Assembly (NCBI GenBank): GCA_051530055.1 | Contig: CM121342.1 | Coordinates: forward strand, 6,802,864 to 6,866,863 | Reading direction: 5' to 3' | Length of the DNA stretch: 64,000 nucleotides | DNA from: Neoechinorhynchus agilis | Taxonomy: Eukaryota > Animalia > Acanthocephala | Part shown: positions 33,029-43,198 of the stretch, one piece after another | Layout: each line of letters begins with the position of its first letter | Numbering within the stretch: position 1 is the first letter of the stretch | Position numbers and translations under genes: made by a program | Notes under the pieces: model-generated | Databases searched by the model: none | Told to the model about the DNA's origin: nothing | Seen by the model: the letters and a program-made list of their open reading frames with translations, nothing else

Positions 33029-35076
33029 TCAATCGTCTTCGGATTCTGTTGTATACAACAAATCATCATCATCATCACCGTCAATATCACTCATCTCCTC
33101 TTCCTCCTCCTCCTCCTCGTCTATTTCACTGATTTGCTCTTCTTCATCCTTAACATCTTCACATAGACCAATCTTAAAACTCTCATTTCGATCGAGTCCA
33201 ACATACGAATCGGAACGGATCACAATATCGAGTGCAACGTGGACCACTTTTCCACCACCACCAACCGATATCATTGGCGCACGAAATCGCACTTCAATCG
33301 GATTCAAAGTGTCATCGGCGACGTAGTAAACTGGACTTAATAGTTCATGAGTACGCTTATTGAGCACATAAATCCACCATGATTCTTTTTTACGAGCTGG
33401 ATAAAGTGGACAAAACACTTCTTGTGACAAAGGAAGTCCTTCTTTATTGTCTTCATTTGATCCAAGTGAGTATCGAACCAATTGAACACTCATTGAAACC
33501 GATGAACCAGGTCGTACAAGATCGAATTTTCCGTCCACTCTAATTTCCAATCGAGGCATAGCGTTCAATACACGCATAAGTGTATCGTATTCATCGTCGT
33601 TGATCAAACACCGGGACGTCCCGCAATGTAACAGTTTACATGAACAAATTGAATGTCACTAAGAAGATCACTCAATTCGTTCATTACGTCTGACTGAATC
33701 TTCCATTTTGGCGAGAGAATCTAATTCGACATCTTTAATAACTTGTAGATTTCTAGGACTTAAACGTGTTCCTATAAATGGAAGTTGTAGACACGAAATA
33801 GGTCTTTTAAGCGACTGAACAATCAATGCACTCATTTTCATTATATTTTCGATCGTTTCAACTTTGGTCATACTTCGTGCAGGCAATTGTCCGACTTGAA
33901 CAAGCAAATTTACATTAGCGGCTACCTGAACGAGTTCGGCGATTAAAAACGGAGCCATTCGTACCATATATCGTTGTTCAGAACACAAATTACCATTTAC
34001 TCTACTCATATCAATTCGATTAACATGAGCTAATATGAGTGTTCGGCATTTGATGCTATACGGAGCACAAAAAGGAATCTCTCGACAACGTTCACTTACA
34101 CCACCTAATACGCATGAACTAATCGATGAGAGATCAGTGATTAGACGAGGAATGTCTTCGTTATCAGAAGGTCTTTCTCTCACTTCACCACGGGAAAACT
34201 CATCTTGATACTCCGTGGATCCACTCAAAAGCATAAAAGCTCGTTGAATGTTCATTGAAGGAGATCGAATCACAAAAGCCCAATAGAGACGACTTGTTCC
34301 AAGCAGAATGCCGCCTGCGTCCACGGCGTAACGACCGCTTCGGTACCACCATAAACCAACTCCAACCGGTAAACAAATGATCAAAACCACGACATAAGCG
34401 GCAAGGACAAATGCAGAATATCGTTCGTCTATAAGCCATTTCGGAAGAGCTATACCGAATCGTACAACTCCAGGGCCGTCAGGGTTGCCATACTTTTTCC
34501 AATTGTACCGGGTAACATTGTCCGTTATAGCATGAGTTTTTAATGTTTTGAGAGCTCGAAACATAAAGTTCATGCAATTAGAGCCTTATAGGCAAGTGAC
34601 ACTTTTCGGAAAACTTCTTCATCTCCGCCACGATCCGGATGATGTAATTTGGCCATTTTCCTGTAAGCCGTCTTAATCTCACCATCAGTAGCTGCGGGAT
34701 CGATTTCCAATATAGAATACGGATCGTAAGCTCCATTGCCGGTACCAGATCGACTACCTGCTCTAAACGCACAATAAACAAGCGAGGCGAACATTATCCA
34801 AGCGATCGCGACTACAATACTCCGTACGCGATTCCTGAATCGATGCTTACGTCCAAAATCTCGATTTAAAATCCGTGATTTTATCGCAAGAGGTTCGTAT
34901 TGATCGTGGAGATTTGGGTGAAACGACGACGACGACGAATCACCGTCATCTTGATTAGACAAACGAATTGGCCATAGAAAATAAGTGAGAGGTAGTATCA
35001 AAATGGAATAAAGTCCAACAATGAAATAAAGAAACTTATCGCCAGTTTCGTCGTACTCAAACTCTAATTTTGCCAT
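33029..35076 (-). CDS. SEC63: Translocon J-protein SEC63; exons 35076-34580, 34526-33686, 33637-33029
   Basis: N-terminal FEYDETG..FLYF, TM segments, J-domain YDPYSIL..HPDRGGD, NWKKYGNPDGP, GIALP, Sec63/Brl domain and acidic C-tail. The three ORF-track pieces join only via two non-GT-AG introns. Confidence 0.92.
33638..33685 (-). other. Non-canonical intron 2 of SEC63 (48 nt; AA..GT, or GT..AT in the 33687-33640 register)
   Basis: Contains an in-frame TGA. Removal gives SVRR-KLLH (cf. SDRHTLLH in vertebrate SEC63). GTA is duplicated at both ends and there is a 16-bp RNA stem. Confidence 0.75.
34527..34579 (-). other. Non-canonical intron 1 of SEC63 (53 nt; AA..AT)
   Basis: Removal fixes the frame and gives AYKAL-TDNVTRYNW (conserved AY.ALTD...NW). 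TA is duplicated at both ends and there are internal inverted repeats. Confidence 0.85.
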
Positions 35077-35099
35077 TTTAATGAAAACGATTTGGTGAG

Positions 35100-35492
35100 C
35101 AAGATATTCCAAAGGGTGTAACAATCAAATTCTTCCGTAGCATCGATGATCATCATACAATGTGACATGAAATGTATTGAAAATCGCAATACGTTCATCT
35201 CGTCAAGGTCCTCTTTTTTTTCGTTTCAATTGCGGCCATAATCGATTTTTAGCCGTTAAGGAGTCATTGAGAATTGTTCGCAGAAAACACACACAATCTC
35301 GATCGTCCCATGTCGATTCGAATTTCAAATGTCTACACGAAAGAATCGCACATGTATTTTTTTGAGATTGGTGCCATTGAAGGTGTGTGTAGCCAACAAA
35401 AAAATGGTCGATAATTTTTGTCGCCATTCTGATCCAGTTTTCATTTGTGTTTCAAGCTTTTCTTTCGGTTCGTAGACATTTGCGTTCGTCAT
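35100..35492 (-). CDS. Unresolved small gene upstream of SEC63, probably split by introns (weak resemblance to mitochondrial ribosomal protein mL53)
   Basis: ATG at 35492 and overlapping open frames (LKKIHVRF; DCVCFLRTILNDSLTAKN; MMIIDATEEFDCYTLW). The exon structure cannot be fixed from sequence alone. Confidence 0.3.
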
Positions 35493-35588
35493 ATGATGTG
35501 GATTCGACTAAGAAGTCCACGTCTCTCTCTCTCTAAATTTTTCCCGTTTAATCGTAGTTCGCCAGAGAAAAACAAACGCTTTTTCTAG

Positions 35589-38500
35589 ATGACTGGCGGC
35601 AGGTACGATATATTGACGGATAAAAACTACCCGGTTGTGCTGTCGTTCATGGCCGTATTCGGACCACAAATGGAACTACCGTCGTTTCCATTCGAACTTT
35701 TGGAATCTACGCTAGTTGATTGCAGTGATGACGGTAAGCATTTTTCCATGGCTGTGTTATCGTTTACAATTCTAATTTTGAATTGTTTGCGTCATTTTTG
35801 TTGTAAAATGTTCGAAATTCTTTCGTGTCTGTCCACGTCACATGTTCGGTGTTGTGACGTCATATAGATTTTATTATTTTATCCAATTAAATTATCAAAA
35901 AATTAAGACATGCGCCTGGAAAATCAATCAGCGATCTACGCTTAAATCCCAACAAAAATGGTAAATTTTGTTGCGCCATTTAAAAAATACCTTTTTTTAA
36001 TACACTAATTTATTAATTGTTCTGGCGCAATTTTACTCTTATCCTCCACGCGATATTGATTTTTTGTTTGAAAGTTAACAAAATCAATTAATATCTCGCT
36101 TTAAGGGAGGTCAAGAGTAAAGTTACGCCCGGACAATTAATAATTTCATTCTCCCTGCCCCGATTATCTTCGGAGGAAAAGATACTTTCAACACTAACGT
36201 CGCAAGCATTTGCAAACAATATTAAATCTTGAGGAAATCTCGGAATTATCCGACGTGAAATATCGGCAATAAATCGATGAATTTAAATCCCTGGTATTCA
36301 TAACCACCAAAAGAAAACATTAATTTATTCTAAAGATTCGATCGAGTTTTTCCTTCGAGGGGTTCAGTTCATTTTATCCATATACGGCAAGGTTTTCCCT
36401 CCTCGAGATTTATTTACATGCAAATTTTCGAGGCCTTAACCTAATTATGGAGCATTATTTACAAGGAGGTTGTGGCTTCGAAAATTTGCATATAAATAAA
36501 TCTCGAGGAGGGAAAAACTCGCCGTATAGAGAAAATATTCTATAGATGTTCATCGTTTTCACTTTTTCATAGCGACTTATCAAATAATTGATTTATTTGA
36601 TAACTCGCCATGAAAAAGAGAAAACGCTAATTTATCGATCGATATTTCACGTCGGATAATTTTCGAGATAAAAGTAAAAATTCTAAAGCTGTTTTTCGCT
36701 AACGATCTCTCTTGCGAAAATGTCGGTATTATCCGACGTGAAATATTGGAAATAAATCGATGAATTTTTGAATATCCCCGATGAGGGGTAGTGGTAACAA
36801 AACTAAGAAAAAAGAAATTAATTTAATCTTCAAACAATTGATTTTTGCCCAACTTTTTATAAAGGTCGCGGCGTTCACCGTCTCTTGGACTATCACTACA
36901 AGTTGCTCAGAGGTCTCAATCCGCACTATCGAAATCTTAACATTTCGACTATACCTCGTGCTTTATGCCGATTCCTGCCATCGGCACTTGCTACCAAACT
37001 AGAGGAAACCGACTATTCACAGCTCGAGCCAAATGACAGACTTAAGATTCTATTGACCATGCTCGAGCTACAGCTGGATCAAAACGCTAAAATGAGGCAA
37101 TTGCTCACAACCAGTGATCTCGGGGGACTAAGACCGATGCCTGCTGGACGCGCGATTGACGGTCGAAAGTATTGGATATTTACGGATTCTGAATGCACCG
37201 TAGCTGAGTTGATGGCTTTTGGGTTTTCATGGGCGTCCGCGGTCATCAACTTTGATAAGAGTGTACGTCGAAGAGTCCAGCGGGATTCGTTTATTAGTGA
37301 AGGAAATCGATGGTCTCAAACCTGAATTGGAGTGTTTGTACAAACAAATCAGACATCGGTATCCTGATTTCGAATGCCCCCTCCCTGATGGAATGAAGAT
37401 CAATATTAGCCCAGAGGATGAAGCGTTTTTTACTGTTCAATCTCTCGTAGATCAGGTATCATATAGGTATCCATTGAGCTTATCAGACATGAAAAAGAAC
37501 CAAGGTCGTCGAAGTAAAAGATTCGATGCAGTGAACGGACTTCGGTCCCGTAACGAGACTTGTTGCCTGTGTGGCCACTATGGTCTTTTGGTTTTATGTG
37601 ATGGCTGCGACTACGGTTGGCATGCTGAATGTCTCGAAATGGCTAATGTCCCCGACGGTGATTGGTACTGTGATTGGTGTGAACAGCAGAGACTTTGTAT
37701 AAAACTTTCAAATACTCTATGTGACCTTCATGTACGAAAGAGCGCCCGTGAGGCTTCTAAGTTAGCCCATGAACGCAAAAGACTGGATCGACTGGCAAAT
37801 GTGAGTCAAAACCTCGATAGTCTCCTTAGAGAGACTGAGACTAAAGCAGCCAGACAACATAAGACACCTTCAAAACGTCGTCCCTTCCGGCGTTCTGCGA
37901 ATGGACAAACTCCGAAAAGACGAAGGAGTCGAACTCTTCTAAATGATGCCGAGGTTGAGTATTTGGATCCACGAAGTAGGCGGAAAAAAGAGGTGAGATA
38001 TACTTTTGAACAGTATGACGAGGCTATTAAAGAAGCTGTTGGCGACGATGAAGAGGAAGGGAATGACACGGCTGACGCCGGTGATGATGGTGAATGGGAC
38101 GCTGGAAGTGAACAAGGTTCATCCGTGAGTGCTGGAGAATATGCAAATGAAGATCTATCGTCTGGTACAAGTTCAGTTCCAGAAAGCGATTGGTCTGATG
38201 CTTCGAATAATGGACGTAATCGTGTTGCTGTTAGCGCACGAAGGTCTGCAAGGATCGCCTCAAAACCTTCAAGGAACGTCTATATCGAAGATGATAGTAC
38301 ATCGTCGGATGAACGAGTTGTTCAATCGTCTTCGCCGGTGAGACGAACGATCACGCGTGCATTTGTTCCTTCATCCAACGATGACGAAGACGACAGAGAA
38401 CCTGTAGCGAAGAAAAGCACCGCTTCTGATATTGCGTGGCAGAGACGTGTTCAATTATTAGATCTTCAACGATCACGACAGACTTCTCAAATGAAAGTCA

Positions 38501-38622
38501 ATAAGCCAGAACGGACAAGCAGATCACCACCAACCATGGACGACGAATCGGGCGAAGTTGAGGGTTTCCTAATTCGAGATATCCTTAAACGCGATGGAGT
38601 TGAGGGAGTGGATCAACAGTAG
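35589..38622 (+). CDS. RSF1: RSF1-like chromatin-remodelling subunit (DDT/WHIM + PHD finger); exons 35589-35733, 36865-37201, 37257-38622
   Basis: N-terminus YPVVLSFMAVFGPQMELPSFPFELLE (cf. FAVVCSFLERYG..LPELPF..LE); LRPMPAGRAIDGRKYW (LRLQPIGRDKDGLMYW); VRVYVEE; PHD CCLC..LVLCDGC..WHAEC..VPDGDWYCDWC; basic and acidic tail. Intron 1 is canonical (GTAAG..TAAAG, 35734-36864). Confidence 0.8.
36239..36770. repeat. Nested multi-hairpin foldback inside RSF1 intron 1
   Basis: Perfect 22-bp IR 36244-36265/36640-36661 encloses a 55-bp IR (36381-36435/36474-36528, 51/55) and a 26-bp IR (36562-36587/36593-36618, 24/26). A direct copy of the left arm lies at 36728-36767. Confidence 0.9.
37202..37256 (+). 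other. Non-canonical intron 2 of RSF1 (55 nt; AG..AT)
   Basis: Removal joins the two ORF frames into YWIFTDSECT-VRVYVEE (cf. YWYQLDQDHNVRMYIEE). TA is duplicated at both ends; stem AGTTGATGGC/GTCATCAACT. Confidence 0.85.
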
Positions 38623-39300
38623 TGACGACCTGTGTATGTGAGCGTGGTGGTGGTGATCTGAATTGTAAAGAAATTATGGTTCAAAGTATAGAACCGGAAC
38701 CGTCTAGACCATCAGTTCAATTCGATCTGATAATCGCACATTGAACCATATTAAAGTTTGGAACAGACGTGTGAAGGTGCTTCAAAATGTGGCAAGTTCC
38801 GCGTTCGAAATGCGAGCGGGGGAATTGTATTTGGGATGGGCTTTTATCGAATGTGATTTGAACTGGAGACAAAGTATTTCTGGCGTACAAACCCACAATT
38901 TTCTCACGACCCTTCTCGCTCCTATTCGTGTTTATAGGGAATCTCTTAAAACGTATGCCAATCTTCTTAGACAGATGTTTAGAATCTTCTTAGGAACTTG
39001 TACCAATCATGATGTTTATAATGACCTCATCATGGAGAAAATAAGTAGGCCAACACAATTTTTTTGAACAGGACACCTTTTACTTGTAGTGAAGATAATC
39101 CCGGTTCGAAATCATTTTGGTGCATCCAAGCGCGAATAAAATACTTTAACAATGATTGATGAGGTGATGTTTCCTTTTTTGAAATGCTTCATTACAATAA
39201 AGTGATTTCTAACCGACAAGTTAAAATTTACCATCCCGATGGATTTTCTCGATAGTGTGGATGACGGTTGCAGTCGGATGGGAGTTGGTGGTTATTCGCG

Positions 39301-39438
39301 TGTTTGTATCTGGCGTAAAAATTAAGACCCTTTTTCTTGATTCCAATATTTCGGCACAATCTTTTGCCTTTATCAAGGTTGTTGTGCCGAAATATTGGAA
39401 TCAACAAATTCTTTTAATTTTTACGCTGGATACAAACA
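39301..39438. mobile_element. Foldback MITE-like element, 138 bp
   Basis: Outer arms 39301-39325/39414-39438 and perfect inner 23-bp arms 39337-39359/39382-39404. The core ATTTCGGCACAA is shared with 9286 and 26486. Confidence 0.8.
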
Positions 39439-39469
39439 TGAACAATTCAATCTTCAAACGGTTATTCGC

Positions 39470-41085
39470 GTCGAGGAGAGTTTGTGAGCTTGAGTCTTTC
39501 CTCAAGTTCATTTCGGATCTCGATATCCGAGAAGATTGGGAGGTATGGAAAAAGGAGCGTGGGAGGATGAAGTCAAATCTGATTACGAGCAACAAGATGT
39601 TTTAAAAATTGTTTTGGTAGGATTGATAGGCGTTTTGATTGTTTTATAAAAATTTTATAAAGGCATTCGGTGAGAGGGGAGGAAAGTCAGCTGCGCAAAT
39701 TTTAGAGGCTCTTTGGTGAAACATTTTAAGATGACAGATTTGAGATTTGCAAAGGTTGCGAAATAGGGGATAGCCGCGGTCGAGGGAAGGTAAAGTAAAG
39801 CTTTAGTGAAATTTGGAGAGAAAGGGACTACAAAATGTCGGAGGCGCTCGAGAATAAATTTTAAAGGTGTTGTGCTTGAGGGCGAGAGTGATGTGCCGGA
39901 GGTGACTCGTTGAATGTCATTTGGAAGCTCGGGGTGGGATGCGGGATTTAGGGAGAATGAAGGGATCACTTCAAAGCATTTGGAGAAATTCAGATAGAGT
40001 TTGTGATTGGTATAGAAATCTTTTATGGGTGTGATTTTTTTAGAGGTTAAAGAAAGGGAGACGGGGGTTGGTGATGAGGGTTATATCGTCGGCCTATAAT
40101 AAGAGTTTAGAGTGAGAGGAGAGAGGTTTGAGGTCGTTTAGGGAAAAATCAAAGCGAAATGGTGACAGGACGGCACCTTAAGATAACTCTTTTGTGCTGA
40201 ATTGAATAATAGAAGAGGTAGAACGGCAGTGAATGTATTGTTTCCAATTGTAAAGTAAAAAGGCGAGCCAGCAGATCGGCCACGAGTTTACGCCGAAATC
40301 GAAATAGTCCTGGGGGAGTAGTGAATGGTACACGGAGTCGAATGCTTTCGACCAATCCAATTGATTTGGTGGCTGAAGTAAGAGGCAGTATTGTCGAGGT
40401 TGCGAATGGGCGTGTCATAGATGCGATGTACGACGTTGCTTGCAGAAAATTTAGGCCGGAAGCCGAATTGTAGAGGCGATAAATTGTCGTTGAGAAGTGG
40501 AAGAAGCGAGATTTAAAACATTTTCGATGATTTTTGAAAGAGTGGCGAGTAGAATGGATATTGGATGGATTCGGTGGAAATTGGATGTATTCGTTTGGAA
40601 GAAGGATAACTTTAGCAGTTTTCAGGCATTAGGGGTAGATGCCATATAAAAAGCGCTGGTTTATAATGAGGGTTAAAGGGTCTATGAATTCAAGGATGAT
40701 TTAGGGAAGAGCCCAGATTGGGATTACTAAGTGAGAGGACGAATTTCGAGGTAATTTCTTGAGATGCGGTAGTACTTCGTATGACGAAACTAAGGGGAGT
40801 GCCGACGAGTTGACAAAAGTTTCAGATTTGGGCTTTAAAGATTTTGTGGGGCCTGATGTGGATCAGGGACTGTAAATTGAGCCCGGGCAGTGGTTCTGAT
40901 TGATAGAGTCTAGAACCGAAGAGGCCAAATTAGGGAAGGGATCAGCTTTGCGTAGACCAAGAGAGTCCTTGACGACCCACCACCATATTAAATTGCCACC
41001 CGAACGAATTTCGGAAGAAGGAAAGTTTTTACGGGCGATAAGTATTTTGTTAGTTAAAGCTATTTGTAAACGGATCTTTGGAGAG
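39470..41085 (-). mobile_element. Decayed CR1/L2-like LINE copy
   Basis: Colinear with 23270-24690 (RT region: WSKAFDSV, ILLATLSKIIE). Confidence 0.7.
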
Positions 41086-41550
41086 ACTGCCCATTGATGA
41101 TAAAAGACGAACTGCACCTTTGACATTCCGCCTTCGAGCTTCGAAGAAACTCGTCCAGCAAGCGACGGATTTGAGTTTCGGCGATGGTAACGCTCCTTTG
41201 CACACTCCTTTTATTTTAATTATATAAAAATCGGATATGTTAAAAGTGTAAATTTTATGTTGAATAGATTGGGAAAACCTGATATAAAATGTTTTATTGT
41301 ATTCTTAGAGATTAACCGAGTTACTGAATTTTTTATCAAAAATTTTGCACGATTTTTGTGTATAAGAAATTAACGGATTTTATATTGACGGCACTTTACT
41401 TCACAACTCTTGGCTGAAACATATTATTTATTTGGGTCTGAGATTGACAGCCAAAAACCATACGAAGGCGCCCCTGTCAAGACCACACCTCAAAATATCT
41501 TTTTTTTACTAACCAAAACCTCAAATTATGGATTACTGAATGTCACTCAA

Positions 41551-42900
41551 GTTGTGATGGTGGAAGTTAAATTATTTATTATTTATTTTACTATTTCGTT
41601 TTTCATCGTTGTAAACATCCCGACGTTGCCATCGCAATTGCGATTCGTTGACCGAGGAAATTTCTCGAGCGCGGTTCCCCCGTCAACCTTTTCGTCCCAA
41701 ATCGTTGAGGAGAGTGAGCGCTGATGGTCCCAAGGCTCCATACGTTTCCACGGCAAAAGGGACGAAATGGTAATTCCTTTGGAGCGCTCTATATTTTGAA
41801 CGCTTTCGTTCCTCAGCTACGACCGCTGAACCTCCAGGGCTCTTTTTTGAAAAGGGAAAATTACTGGGCCGCATCCCATAAAAGCGGTTTTACCTCCCGC
41901 CATGGAAAAACCGTGACACCGTCAGGTCGCTTGCTTTATAGGCGGCATAAATTACTCGGCTCTAGAATATTGGGCACGTGAACGGAATCTAGGGCTCTAC
42001 TCAAAATTGGGAGTTCAATTCTTAGTGTCTTGGAAACCTCCCGCTGGACATTTTACAACAGAGGCCGTGTCTGAAATTAGCGTCAACTATAAAGCCGCAG
42101 CGACAGCGATGCGGGATACAAATATCCTGGCCCAATCTTAAAGAAACTGCGACCCTTAACGTAGAATCCTCTAGAAGAGTTCCGATTGTCGGGGTGGGGA
42201 GAGCATTTAGCCAGGCTCCGATTCCTTTGTAGAGTACGCCGTAAGACGAACTTGGGGAACCTCGTAGAGAAGATCGTTAAAGGATTTGTGAATCTTCTTT
42301 ATGAGGGGAAGGTCCCAGGCCGACTGCCTGTGGTCATTTTCCGGAAGGTGCGGGATCTCTGTCCGGGATTGCCAGATCGATAAACCGTCCAAATAATGTT
42401 GGGAGTTTTGTTTCATGTTGCAAAGTCCGCGTACGTTTTGCTGGCTCGGTAAGGGGCGAGGAACGCTGGAAGGGCTAAATCAGACACTGCGTGGATGCCG
42501 AGGCGGCCAAAAGAGGTTAGGAACGTAGCCAGCCGCCAGCCCGTATCCGTAATATTTATATTAAAAAGTTTCTTTAAAAAAGAACGTAAAACCCCGTCGA
42601 GATCCGATAAAACGCTTTTCTCCCCGAAACACGGAGCAGCTCTCAACTTATACATCAATTTGGGGATGTATATGCAATTCTTTAAAAGGAAGAAGGCTTC
42701 GTGCGCCGACAGCTCACATGCTCTTGTGCATAATAATTCGAGCTTCGGTATGTGGGCCTCGAGGTCCTTTGAGACATTTTCGGCGAAAATGGGGCTTCCG
42801 AGGAGATTAAATTCGTATTTTGTAACCTCGCGCACCCTGGGAGCAACTTGCCGAAAATCTGGGATGATCGTCGAACGATCCCTGAAAAAGGATTTCGCAT
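41551..42900 (-). mobile_element. Decayed CRE-like non-LTR element inserted upstream of LRR-B
   Basis: LLGSPI..HEAFFLLKNCIYIPKLMYKLR, GRLGIHAVSDLALPAFL, AEERKRSKY..FVPFAVETYGALGP. The LRR upstream homology breaks at TGTCACTCAA/41551. Confidence 0.8.
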
Positions 42901-43198
42901 TTTTCGAAATTCAGTTCGAGGCCCAAGTTTTCTGCTTCGCTTATAATCGTTTGTAAGTCCCAGGGGTTTTATTGGACTGATAAAAAGTAGGGGTAGCTTT
43001 CAGGGATAAAATCTTTGATGGAATCCAACATTTTCTCTCTACGGAAGGAAGTTAAATATGGATTTTTCTCCGCGCATCGGTGAAAAAAGTGATGTATTAC
43101 TCAAACATTCATCCTTTCAGTATCTCACGCCTATTTTACTCATGCAAATGTATAAATGTACACGAGTTATCTCGATTTTTCGCCGTCGTTCAACCGCA

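Noticed and set aside
33658-33687. Canonical GT-AG solution for SEC63 intron 2 (GTAATG..CTTAG)
   Set aside because: This splice leads to a stop within 8 codons, and no further AG exists before the next exon.
33668-35124. SEC63 as three separate ORFs or a frameshifted pseudogene
   Set aside because: The breaks coincide precisely with TA-flanked hairpins whose removal restores conserved motifs, and the rest of the gene is intact.
38741-39067. 108-aa ORF downstream of RSF1
   Set aside because: It has a TTG start, no recognisable domain and no supporting signals.
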